Shown: piece after piece, positions 48,780-60,000 of the stretch
How positions within the stretch are numbered: the stretch's first letter is position 1
Layout: each line of letters begins with the position of its first letter
Source: Squalus acanthias
Taxonomy: Eukaryota
Direction: 5' to 3'
Assembly (NCBI GenBank): GCA_030390025.1
Contig: CM059433.1
Span: forward strand, 23,066,001 to 23,126,000
DNA: 60,000 bases
Notes under the pieces: generated by a model
The model's input: only the letters and a program-made list of their open reading frames with translations
Told to the model about the DNA's origin: nothing
Databases searched by the model: none
Translations under genes and position numbers: made by a program

Positions 48780-49750
48780 ACCCTTGGTGAATGATGAAGC
48801 CTTTGTGTTCCTATCCCTATCACTTCTACGTGGTGCAATCCCTGTGGCTTCAGCAGGGGTAGTGACAGGCTGCTCTATTCCTTGCTCGGTTTTATGAGAT
48901 GCTCGTGGCCAACGACCTCTGGGTTTTGGAGCCCATGAGGGCCCCACCAATGACTGCTCCACCTACACCTGTGCAGGGGCAGACTCGGCCAGCGGGAGAG
49001 GAGACAGCATGTCGGGTCCTGGTTGAGGGGGGCAACGGGTGAGACGTGCAGACGCTTTGAGAGGCGTTAGCACTTTCCCCTCCCTTATCACCATCCTCCC
49101 TCTCCTGGGCCATCGGCACATCACTCCTGCCTCTCTGCGGGAGAGCAGCTTGGAGGAGATCAATGATGCCTTGGAAGCCCACGAATAATCTATCTGTCAG
49201 CCTGTGCCATCCGTAGACATGTTGGCATCTAGAGTTTGCAAGGCAGCTATCTGGGCCTGCAGGGACTCATTAATGCGCCATGATTCCAGTTCCATAGACG
49301 AGGCCAGACTCTCAATGGAATATTGTGTGGTTGAAAAGACATGCAACATCACTCCACAAATGTTCGAACTGAACTCCTCCATCCTCAGTGACATTGTGGA
49401 GTGTGTGCCCGGCAGGACTGCCAGTACCTCGCACAGTTGTTGCTGACCCTCTATCATTCTCCTTTTCAGTGATGGCTCCCAAGGTTAAGCATCTCTGTCC
49501 AGCTGAGCAGAGCTTGGAGAAGACGGTGTTCCCCGACACAGACTCTCCACAGCTGTCCCTGTCTCTGCTCGTGCTCCCTTATGTCATCCGATTGACCAGG
49601 TGAGATCCCACTTAACTCTCTAACAGGACCCACTGCAGTGCTCATATCTGCGCTGGTGTCTGCAACGCATGTGTTCTGAGACGGTGCACCCTCAACAGGA
49701 ATGAGCTCCTCTGAGGAATTGCTGTCTGCTCTTCCTCAAATCAGTGGGAC
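48780..49750 (-). pseudogene. Last exon of the Myb partner gene of the older Harbinger (degenerate)
   Basis: QSLVGPSWAPKPRGR...EQPVTTPAEATGIAPRRS parallels QSAAGPSRPRSGRGR...QQPSTSLAAATEVPLRRS, and is convergent with 46630-47740. Confidence 0.7.
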
Positions 49751-51515
49751 TGATGAGCCACAGCCCCATAGGAGTGACGGTGGCACCATTAGATGGGCAA
49801 GTGCCACCCTGTGATCTTGTGCGTTGATCCGTCACTAGGTGATCTGTGCTCTTCATGTGAAACTGGGGTGCTTATGCTTCTTGGACTGCGGTTACTGCTG
49901 CATGTAAGTGGAAGCAAAGGTGAATGCTGCTGTTGGGGAAATGGGCTTCTCACTGACAGCCTCCTGTACTAATTGTGAACTCCCTTCAAAAGAGCATGTG
50001 GGGATAAATGAGCTGTGGCATACGCACTATCATGTATATACAATTATAGCTATCGCAATTGCTATTCGCAAGATGCCTTCATACATTTCAAGGCTGATAA
50101 GACCTACCATCATCTTTTCACGCTGCCTAACAACACATAAATATATCTGATTGTGTTTATAACTTTGGGTGGCCAACATATGGTGAAGGTTTCCGAACCG
50201 ATAAATCTCATCACAGAGTTTTCCCCAGGAGAGTAGCTCTTTATGTTGGAATGAGGCCCCACACTTGCTACCCATTACCTGGCAATATTCATCATCTTGG
50301 AAGGACATTAGGTTAATGATAACATAAATTGTGATTATTTATAGAGAAAATAGAAAAACCACAAGTGCTGGAAATCTGAAACAAAAACAGAAAATGCCGG
50401 ATACACACATCAGGTTTACCAGCATCTTAAAAAGAAAGGTTAATATCTTGGAAAATATGACTTAACCTTTTGCATATTTCCAACATTAACTGTTTTGGTG
50501 ACTATGGGTACATGTATTGTGATCAATTTAACAATTCTTACATCAAAAAGATTGTCACCCCTGATGTATAGTTTTCAATTTTATGTCAAAAAATATGAAT
50601 GTGTTTATAGACCATTACTAGTACCGCAATGACTTAAGCATTTGTGTTGTCCTTATTCAAAATTCATGCCTGTATCTATTAACTCCATCTCGTAAATAAT
50701 TTTTTATAAGCAAGTAAGGATGTTAGTCACTAGAGGTTTCATACTCCTCACTTTGTTAATGTAAGTGAAAAAATACATGAGTAAAAAGTGATATAATGTC
50801 GGTGGAGAGGACAAGTGACTTATATGTTTGTGTTTAGCATTGTTCTAAGCAGTTCTTCATCTCCAAACTTGAATTAATGAACACCAGCAACAAAAGAAAA
50901 ACACAAACTCTTGCTTGTTCGGGTTATTGGTGAGGAAGTTGTCCAGCTTTGCTCAGCTACACTATCAAGTCTTTGCCTACATACCAACAGTCACTACACT
51001 TCAAAGTAATTTGTTGTAGATTTCTTTTTTAATCCAGGTTAAGTGGTATTATTGATCTTAACAAACATGAACGTTTTGAAGCATTACCATAACAATGACA
51101 GAAGTGAATACTCCAGAGAATTTTTTTTTGTCAAAAAGCAGGGGTGTAGCGGCCAATGTGTGGTATATTGCAGTGGAGCAAAAGAAAGATGGGGAACAGG
51201 GACGTCCCTGGATAAGGAAGTACACAACTCCCAGTGGATCTACCACAATAAATTCTGCTCCTGAGCATGGGCAATCACGAAAAGGCCTAAGCTCACCCGG
51301 AAGATGGTGACTGAGGTCTGCTAGCTGGTCCACAAAGACCTGCAGAAACTATCTGAAATGCACTAACAGTGGTGTTGAAAGCTATCAGTACCCTCAACTT
51401 TGATGTCACAGTGACCTTCCAGGTAACCACAGAGGATGTTTCATGATGCAGCCACTTTGGCCTGGAATTTATGATGTGGGAGACTAGTGGATACTAGTTT
51501 AACAGGTTTGCATTT

Positions 51516-53290
51516 TGTAATGATGCTAGAGTTCGGCGGGAGCCTGATCTGTCGCCAATAGCAGCAGCATTAAAATCGCAGATCGATGAGAACTGAGCGG
51601 GAAATGGAGCTCCCCGCTCCTTTCTGTAAGGTTTCCAAAATTTACAGATCCCCAAAACCTAAGGAAAAAGGACTTTGGAACTATTACAGGGTGGTGAAAT
51701 GCAGTTGGGCCTAACCTAAGGAATTTAAGACCAAAAACCAAGTTTTGGCATTTTAAAAACATGTCTGGGCCTGTAAAGGGACAAGAAGATGGGGTCGACC
51801 TCTGTAAAAGCAGTTTGGCTATTGCAGTTAATTACACTGTCTGGGGAACCGTCATGACCTCACTCAAAACCCCAGCAGATATTAACATTTTGACAATAGA
51901 CCCTGGGAGAAGGCAGTCCCACCCAAAACACTGGCCCCATCAAAACCTATCTCAGGACCCATCAAATCCATGCATAATACAAATCACTCAGACCCATTCC
52001 ATAGAAAACCCAGGCCCAGTCAAGAAAACCAAACACAAAAGCAATCACCTGTAATCAACTGAAGAGATCGACAGGATGCAAGCCATCCCAAAAGCCATTT
52101 GACACTTACAGAACAGTTACTGGTAACTAGCCCGCCAAAATCAGACAAAGAACCAAGCAGATTTGGCGCGCAGATAAGGCCATGCTCAATGAGTTAGATT
52201 AAAGGCCTGTTCAAAACCAGTTAACACGCTAGTAAAGTCGTTACCGTGAATGAGCCCGCCAAAACCAGACAATGAACTGAGCAGATTTGGCGGGCAGATA
52301 AGGCCACTTCAATTTGGTATAATTGAAGGCCTGTTAAGCGGTTCAACAGTCGAGACAAGCGGGTCATCAGCATCACACACACAGTCGAGTGGGGAGACAA
52401 GGAGCAACATCACAGACTCAAGTCGAGCTGGAAGCGAGTCGGCATCGCTCACCACTCAGACACACCTGAGTCGAGCTTGTGAAGATACCACCTCGACGGA
52501 CCTCCAACAACGGTCCCAACACAGTCACCCGGAGCAACAAGCCAAAAAGCCACCGACGGCTCCACGAGGTCGACCGACACACTAGACAAGGTCTAAAACC
52601 ATCGCGGAAACCAAAGGCCTCACAAAACCAACAATCGCATATTACCCCCAACTGACCGGGTAATAGCAGGCCACCGCGACCAACAAAGACCAACACAAGG
52701 GAAGAAAACCCGAAGAACCGCAAAGTTTCCACTCTACAATCTATTTCTGACTTACCCCTGGGTAAGATTTTCCCAAAGACTCTAAACCCTATTGCTAACC
52801 AAAAGAAATTGGGTACTCACCAGATAAATCCAAACCGACATCCTACCGCATCAGCGGACTCGCGAAGACTGACCAGATACGCAGGTGAAGTCCTCTACCG
52901 CGTACGGGGTACGGCAGACACTAATCGCCGTAAACAACGAACCGCAAAACCGTGATTTAGCCCAACTGTCAAAGGATTGGTGAGCATTATCCCTGGTCCT
53001 TCAAAACCTAACTAAGCTAGTAAAGTGGGGTTGGGAGGGGTGAAGTATTGTTCTACTGTCATTTCCCTCGCTTGTACCGAAGTGTTCCCCACCTTTAGAG
53101 TGTTAAGAGTGTTATTATTTGTGTTTACCTTTTTTAATAAAGATTGAAGTTCTTTCATCAAACTCAGTTGTCTGCTGCACCTATTATCACAACCCCTAAA
53201 TAAGTCCAAGGTCTAGAACCAAGGGAGTGGAAGCGATTCGAACCGCTCAGAAGTCAGAGGTGAAGCTGAAACAAACCACCACCTCCTACA
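51516..53290 (+). mobile_element. Candidate solo LTR (about 1.8 kb)
   Basis: TGTA...TACA ends, strong A/C skew, internal tandem duplication and AATAAA near 53136. TSD is ambiguous. Confidence 0.45.
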
Positions 53291-53880
53291 TTTCCCGCAG
53301 ATTGGGGAGAGTTAAAATCTCCCTGATTTAATCTACAACTAACTTTGACATAACTACTTCTGACACAAATGTCAACTGCTATGCTATTCCATGCATGTCA
53401 CTTGTTGGAGGTCTTCGCCTCACCAAGCCTATTGATCTGTGTGAGCACAGCACACTGGGCATCAATAATGGCTTTGGATTCCTCCCTCTATCTACCTTCC
53501 AAGCAAATTGAAAATGGCACTGTCTGCATCTTGGACTTTGAAGCCCAAAGCTTCCACAGCAGCAGTGGGAACTTTGATGACAGATGCACCCAAGTTGCCT
53601 ACACCCTGCATAACTGAGGACTTGACTGATCCTGTGCACCCAGCAGAGGGTTGCACTCAAATGACAGGAGGGTTGCAAAATCAGCACTGGAGTGTTATTG
53701 CCCTATCTCTGATCTACACTCTGTTTGAGCACTGCTCCCCATCAGGAGCACAGGGTCCGTGAATCTCCACTTAGAAGGCAAGTACCATGCAATAAACTCC
53801 AGAATAATATCGATATGCATGTAAACCATTGAATGCTTGACTTAAAAATAAATCAACAAAAGGGAAGAGGTAGTTATACA

Positions 53881-54046
53881 CAATGCTCCCTCTAAAATGT
53901 TTTTTTTCTTGTGCGTGGTACCTTTACATTTGCTGTACGGCCAGCGCACGCGCGGTATCTTACAGGGAACAGCTTGTGAGTGGCCTGCGCGGTACCTTCC
54001 CTATTGCTCTGCAGCCGCGCACACGTGCAGCTTAGAGAGGACATTA
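53881..54046. mobile_element. hAT-type MITE
   Basis: TIRs CAATGCTCCCTCTAA / TTAGAGAGGACATTA with 8-bp TSD GTTATACA/GTTGTACA. Confidence 0.8.
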
Positions 54047-55089
54047 GTTGTACAATATATTTGTAAATTGCAGGGTGGGCTTTAAAGCTCAGTATTACAA
54101 TCAGTGCCAAATGGAGATTTCTCTCAGGGTGAAAGGTATTTTTGCCCCACAATCCTTCAGTAAGTTGTCAATTAATGTATTGGACTGTGCGCATTTTTTT
54201 CCCCTTTTTATGTTGTTACCATGCCATTTGAATTTAGCATAGGATATAATCATCAAATCATTGATGAGTCTAAATAACACTGAACATTGAACTCAATAAA
54301 ACAAATTCTAACCACAAACGTCTTTCTCTTCTTCAAAAGGCATCTGCAGAAAATGTTCTATTTTCAGCCACTGGGGGCTAAGGATCCTCAAGGCTTCTTT
54401 GGCCAGAATGTGGAGCTTTAAAAGAATTATTTACAATCCCTCAATAGGCTTAGCCTTTCTTTTATCTTTAAAATTACAATAAAAACAATATTCCTCTCCA
54501 CCTATTATTGATATTGACCCCCGGTGTTCTCTACTAGGAATCTTTACTTTCTTGTTTTGAAATTCAGATATTGCCCAATTGTATGTTCAGAAAGTGACCG
54601 GTTTTCACCTTCCTTGTGTTGCAGGGATTGAAGCAAATACCTCACATCTCCGTAATTTGTGTCATTGTGCATTCCTTTTAAAGGGCTCATGCTGCAGGAG
54701 TGTACAAGTTTTGGAATTTATGCAACCATGTTGAAAATAGATCTAGGTACCATTTCTTTTTTAGTTTCGTAAGATTTACCCCAGTAACCTCTGCCCTCAG
54801 AATGAGCATTTCCATCCCTATGTTGCTGACAAGTTGATGTGAGCCTAGCTTTACAGTTTGTGAAATTAGTACGTGGACGCTGAACACATTCCTCTGCTAT
54901 TTTAAAATGGTCATTAACTCTTATTTTAAGTAGGTTACTGCCTCTGTTAAAATAGCTGACAAAGGAATGGCAAATTATTTTTTTAAGAATTTTGACAGTA
55001 ACTTTAAAGCTGTTGTTTTCTAGATGTTTATCCATAGTTTCTATTTCCTTGAACACACTTAATTAATTTTGATTTCCTAGAACTTAACA

Positions 55090-57060
55090 ACTACTTCTAC
55101 TACCACTACTGCTATTGCTAGTATTTATATAAGCACCACTAACATAGAAAAACATTCCAAAGCACTTCACTGAGACATGAGAAAAAGAAACAGATGCTGA
55201 ACCAAAGAAGGAGCGATTTGGAGGGGTGAGCAGAAATGGCACCAAAGACAATTGCTTTGATCTTCCCTATGTGTGCTGGAGGAAATACTGGCCCATCCAA
55301 GGCTGGATGCCAAATCACCAGTCTGACAGCTTAGAAACAGTGAAGTCAAAGAAGTGGTGCTGAGGTAGAGCTGGGTGTTATTGGTGTAAACGTGGAAGCT
55401 GACCCCATATCTGCAGATGCTATCTCAGGGGGCAGCATGTAAATGAGGACGAGGAGGGGGGCCAAGGATGGATTCTTGGGGAATTCCAGAGGTGACACTA
55501 TGGGAGTGGGAAGAGAAGCCATTGCTAGACATGCTCTGGCTATGATTGGATAGGTAAAAGTGGAACCAAGCGAGGGTAGTCCCATCAAGCTGGACAACAG
55601 AAGCATTGGTGGAGAATGATGGGGTTGACTGTGCAAAGGCTGCAGAGAGGTCGAGGAGGATGAGGAGGGTTGTCACAATCACAGAGAATTTCATTTATGA
55701 CTTTAGTTAGAGATATTTTGGTGTTATAGGATGGGTGGAAACCTGATTGGAGAGATTCAAACAAGGAGTTACAGGAGAGATAGACACAGATCTGGAGGTG
55801 ACAACATGTTCAAGAATGTTAAGGGGGAAAGGAACGTTGCAGGTCTGGCAGCAATTATTGAGGATAGGAGGATCAAGGGTGGATTTTTGAATAGGAGGTG
55901 ACGAAGGTGGTTTTGAAAGGGAGGAGTACAGTGTTGAAGAGATGGAAGCATTTGGGATATCGACCAGCATAGGTACCAGGAAGGGATGTTGGGTTGTAAG
56001 AAGTTTAGTGGGAATAGGGTTAAGGAGGCAGAAGTTAGGTCTGATGAATCTTCTTAGGTAGTCCCTCGGAACCGAGGATGACTTGCTTCCACACTAAAAA
56101 TGAGTTCGCAGGTGACTGATGAGTCCAATGCGGGACCTACAGTCTCTGTCACAGGTGGGGCAGACGATGGTTGAAGGGGCAGGTGGGTGGGGTGCTTGGG
56201 TTGACGTGCACTCCTTGCGCTGCCTGCGCTTGGCTTCCACGTGCTCCCGGCGAAGAGACTCGAGGTGTTCGGCGCCTTCCCGGATGCTTCTCCTCCACTT
56301 TGTGCGGTCTTGGGCCAGGGATTCCCAGGTGTCGGTGGGGATGTTACACTTTTTCAAGGAGGCTTTGAGGGTGTCTTTGAAGCGTTTCCTCTGCCCACCT
56401 GGGGCTCTCTTGCCGTGCTGGAGCTCCGAGTAGAGCGCTTGTTTTGGGAGTCTCGTATCGGGCATGCGGACAATGTGACCTGTCCATCGGAGCTGATCGA
56501 GCGTGGTCAAAGCTTCGATGCTGGGGATGTTGGCCTGAGCAAGAACACTGACATTGGTGCGCCTATCCTGCCAATGGATTTGCAGGATCTTGCGGAGGCA
56601 GCATTGGTGGTACCTCTCCAGTGCTTTGAGGTGGCTGCTGTACATGGTCCATGTCTCTGAGGCATACAGCTGCTCTGTAGACCATGAGCTTAGTGCCGGG
56701 TTTGAGGTCCTGGTCTTCAAACACTCTCTTCCTCAGGCGACCGAAGGCTGCACTGGCACACTGAAGGCGGTGTTGGACTTGATGAGCTTGGAGAGGGGAT
56801 GGGGGAATGGAAGAAAAACTAGAGAGAAATGGAGATTGAGGGCTAGTGTGAGAGAGAGACTGGGGAGGTTTGGCTTGGGCAAGGAGAAGGGGAGAAGTAG
56901 CAGAGTTATCTGAACAAATGGTCTCTATCTTAGCGACAAACAAATCTATGTTGGAGATGAGTGTGGAAAATGCAGGAGAGAGGGTTTTAAGGAGGTGGTT
57001 GGCAATAGGGTAAAGGGTTATCTTTGCTCAGGATGATCCTAGAGTAGTGAATGGTTTTGG
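55090..57060 (-). mobile_element. Old L2 LINE interrupted by an RTE
   Basis: LLILLDLSAAF, WFHFYLSN and GIPQESILGP remnants; L2-type 3' end near 55130-55230. Confidence 0.8.
56048..56779 (-). mobile_element. 5'-truncated RTE-clade LINE
   Basis: LYASETW, QLRWTGHIVRM..RLPK and CPTCDRDCRSRIGLISHLRTH motifs; tail CCTAAGAAGA; TGATGA flanking repeat. Confidence 0.9.
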
Positions 57061-58664
57061 AAGAAAGGAATGATGCAAGCGAGTTAAATTAACAAACGAC
57101 TAAGGCAGCAAACATCTTATATTTTACTTATTTTTTTGATCTTGATTTTTTTTCCACCTTCAGGTGATACTTTGATGAGCTAACTGATGAAGAAAACAGG
57201 TTACATCGGTTATTGTTAGTGTTCGTGCTGACATTGATCATGGATCTCAGTAGGGTTTTAGAATTCTGATAAGAAACTTTGAGACTGATTTTAATACAAG
57301 AAACATTCCAGCTAGTTCACTGCATAGTTCACATAACCAATGTCGATAATCCCATAAACTGATAATCAGCAATAAAAAAAACAATCCTCTTTGTCTTACC
57401 ATGGGTTTACATGTAGGTGATATTAAAATAATACATTGTATTTTAAAATTTACCATGCAAAGTACAATCGATGCATACAGCAGCAAAAAATTCCTCATGT
57501 AGCAAGCCTGCCATCTACTGACTAATGTTATAGGTGGGGGTGGGGAGATAAGATACCATACCATTTTTATAGTTTACAGTGAAGTTAATGATGAGGTGAC
57601 AAAGATAATGGGTTTTTTGAAAGTGGAGCTCAACAAGAGAGTTCCCCAGTATTATGAAAACTGCCACAAATGCAACATGGTATTCTTGTACTGGTTTGCT
57701 TTTTTAACTTATTAGAATGGTAGTGCTAGGGACTCCTATTCTATGTAGCGAGAAAGTGCTCAGTAGGATTTACAAAGCACTCTACTTGCACAGTTAAAGC
57801 ATGGTCTGTCTGAATATTGTGGCCCCGAAAATCCATGGGCCACAAATATTGTCCTTGGCACTGAACCCTCTGGATTTTATGGGATTAGTGGGAGGGCGCC
57901 TTATTTTATATGGATAGGTGGGCATCTGTGCCACTATGGATGCATCTCCAGCGCTCACCTGCCACGTGCTGTTGGAAACTCCAGCACCTGGCCACCATCA
58001 TGGGGGTGCCCAGACTCCCCAGAGACACCATACAGGCCTCCTGTGTAAGAGCCGATAAAAAAAAAAATAGAAAAAGTTCTCACCTTTCTTTCTTGCCTTG
58101 GACTCCCCGCTGGGACCCACCTGTACCTTACCAGAAGCCAACATGCCTCATGTCACTGGGCCATCAGCCTCAGAAATGTTACAGTGCTATCTCTAAGAAA
58201 TGCCTTTGGACAGAACTTGCATTACAAGATACTAACTGTGCATATTGTTTGTTTGTATGCCTATGTGGGAGGGAAAGAGAAGGGGAAAAATCTTAAATGG
58301 GATGTTACTAGTTCAAAGCTTAGATGGCTTTGCCTTCTCTTACCTCTTGATGCTCTTACAGACAAGGTTGTCGGGGGCGGCCTCCTCCAAGGGAGTTAAA
58401 GTCTAGTCATTTCTGAGCCCTCCTCCAGTTTTGGTTTATTCCTTTGTATTAAGTGCGGTCTTGTATTGCAAGGAGAGAATTAGTCCTGAAATGTTGTAAG
58501 TGGAAAGGGCACATACACAGTAACAGACATGTGCTGAAGCTGCAGCTCATCCTGGTGTCAGTAAGCGACTGTGCATCATACAGCTAGGTTGTATTACAAT
58601 GTGCTTATGTGTGTACTCCTTTGAAGATGTGAGTAAGGCTAGACTTTTAATATACAGGAGCAAT

Positions 58665-58860
58665 GAAGAAAGAAAGATAGTCAGACAGACAGACAGAAAG
58701 AAAGAAAGCAAGAAAGAACTAACTAACTAACTAACTTGCATTTTACATCCTCAGGACATCACAGTTTTGCACAAACAATGAAGTACTTTTGAAGTGCAAA
58801 TCACTGTTGGTATGTAGGCAAATAGAGCAGACAATTTGCTCACCATAATCAGTGAAAGAA
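58665..58860 (-). mobile_element. SINE/L2 3' end with a compound microsatellite tail
   Basis: (GAAA)n(GACA)n(CTAA)n followed by CTTGCATTT and AAGTACTTTTGAAGTG, matching the reverse of about 35500-35600. Confidence 0.65.
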
Positions 58861-60000
58861 CTGTAAGGGCTGTGTGAGGACTTGACATGGGCCAGCAGTA
58901 AATATGTACCAGGTTTCCTGGCAGCACATTGTGGCATGCATACATGTAACTGATAAAAGAAAATATTGGATAATCTTGGCAGCTTCCCTAAAGTGTTCCA
59001 TCTTTTTTGTGTCTGTTCCTAGATCTAGCAGTTAGCACACAAAGTGCTGAGCCTGGCCACTACTGCCTTCTATGCACGCTATGCTGCTATCCTCTGGAAA
59101 GAGTGCCCGGGAGTGCAAAATAAGACAACCCTCTTCACACCCATCTCATGAAGCATCACCTCTGCTTTGCCGGCTATCAAGCAAGTGGTTCAAATGGTGT
59201 ACTGCTGCATCACTGGTCCACAGCTCTGAATCCTGCCTGCATATTTATTTTCCCAACCATTGGGTATTGCCAGCCACTTTATGCCCCAAACAGCCCTTGG
59301 AAAGGCTGAAATACGCATTACAAATATTTACAGCCTTTTTAAAGGCTAGACAAATTTTTGCTCCTGTAAATGGCCACATGCCTTTAAAAATTCCCCTCAT
59401 CCCATCTCAATAGCTTTACAGTTGCTGGTTTCCTTCTCGAGTGAGCTCTCTAGGATGAATATTGGCTCAGAGCTCATCACCTGTGCTAAAGTGAGGTTGA
59501 CTTTGAAAGTCCTGATCAGGTGAGCATTCATCCAATTGGGTGGTGTCAATCCTCCCTCCCTCTGGATCTACACATCAACCTGAAAATCACAGCGTTATGT
59601 TTAAAGATATTAGAAACTAATCAGAAGAATGATATACATTATATAAATAGGTCAGCTTTTTTTTACAACAAGCTTTTTATTATGGAACTCATAATACTCA
59701 AGCAAGAAAAACATCACACAATTTTAAGAAATGGTTTTCGCGTGGCATCTTTACCCTGAAGATAAAAGATCACTATTGTAGCCACAGGCATACAGGGCCT
59801 ACAAACCCTGGCCAAGTGGATTGGGTCCATTCCAGTGAATAATCAAACTTTATGTACAATAAAATCAGCTCGATCTAAAACAATCTAAAAGTTTCTTGTT
59901 AAAAGTAAAAACGCATATGGGGGAAGATTGTCCTCTTGTTATGCTTGAATTTACAGGATTGCCTGGGCACAGCGAATAGAGGAACATTCGGTAGGAAACA

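Overview
This is repeat-rich eukaryotic DNA, almost certainly from a cartilaginous fish, judged from the HE1-type V-SINE, the SacSINE1/DeuSINE-type SINE and the CR1, L2 and Penelope content. I found no recognisable host protein-coding gene. The window is dominated by PIF/Harbinger DNA transposons. The centrepiece is an apparently intact, young, autonomous Harbinger at 42312-46568, with 12-bp TIRs and a TCT target-site duplication (TSD). It carries an uninterrupted DDE transposase on the minus strand and a convergent three-exon Myb/SANT partner gene that the ORF track misses. It is inserted in the 5' end of a near-full-length CR1 LINE with an SGNH-esterase ORF1, which probably sits inside an older Harbinger. 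Around it are many internally deleted Harbingers and MITE families with related TIRs, CR1, L2, RTE and Vingi-like LINE fragments, two hAT MITEs, a 187-bp Penelope-type palindrome and a candidate solo LTR. All family names come from motif recognition, not database searches.
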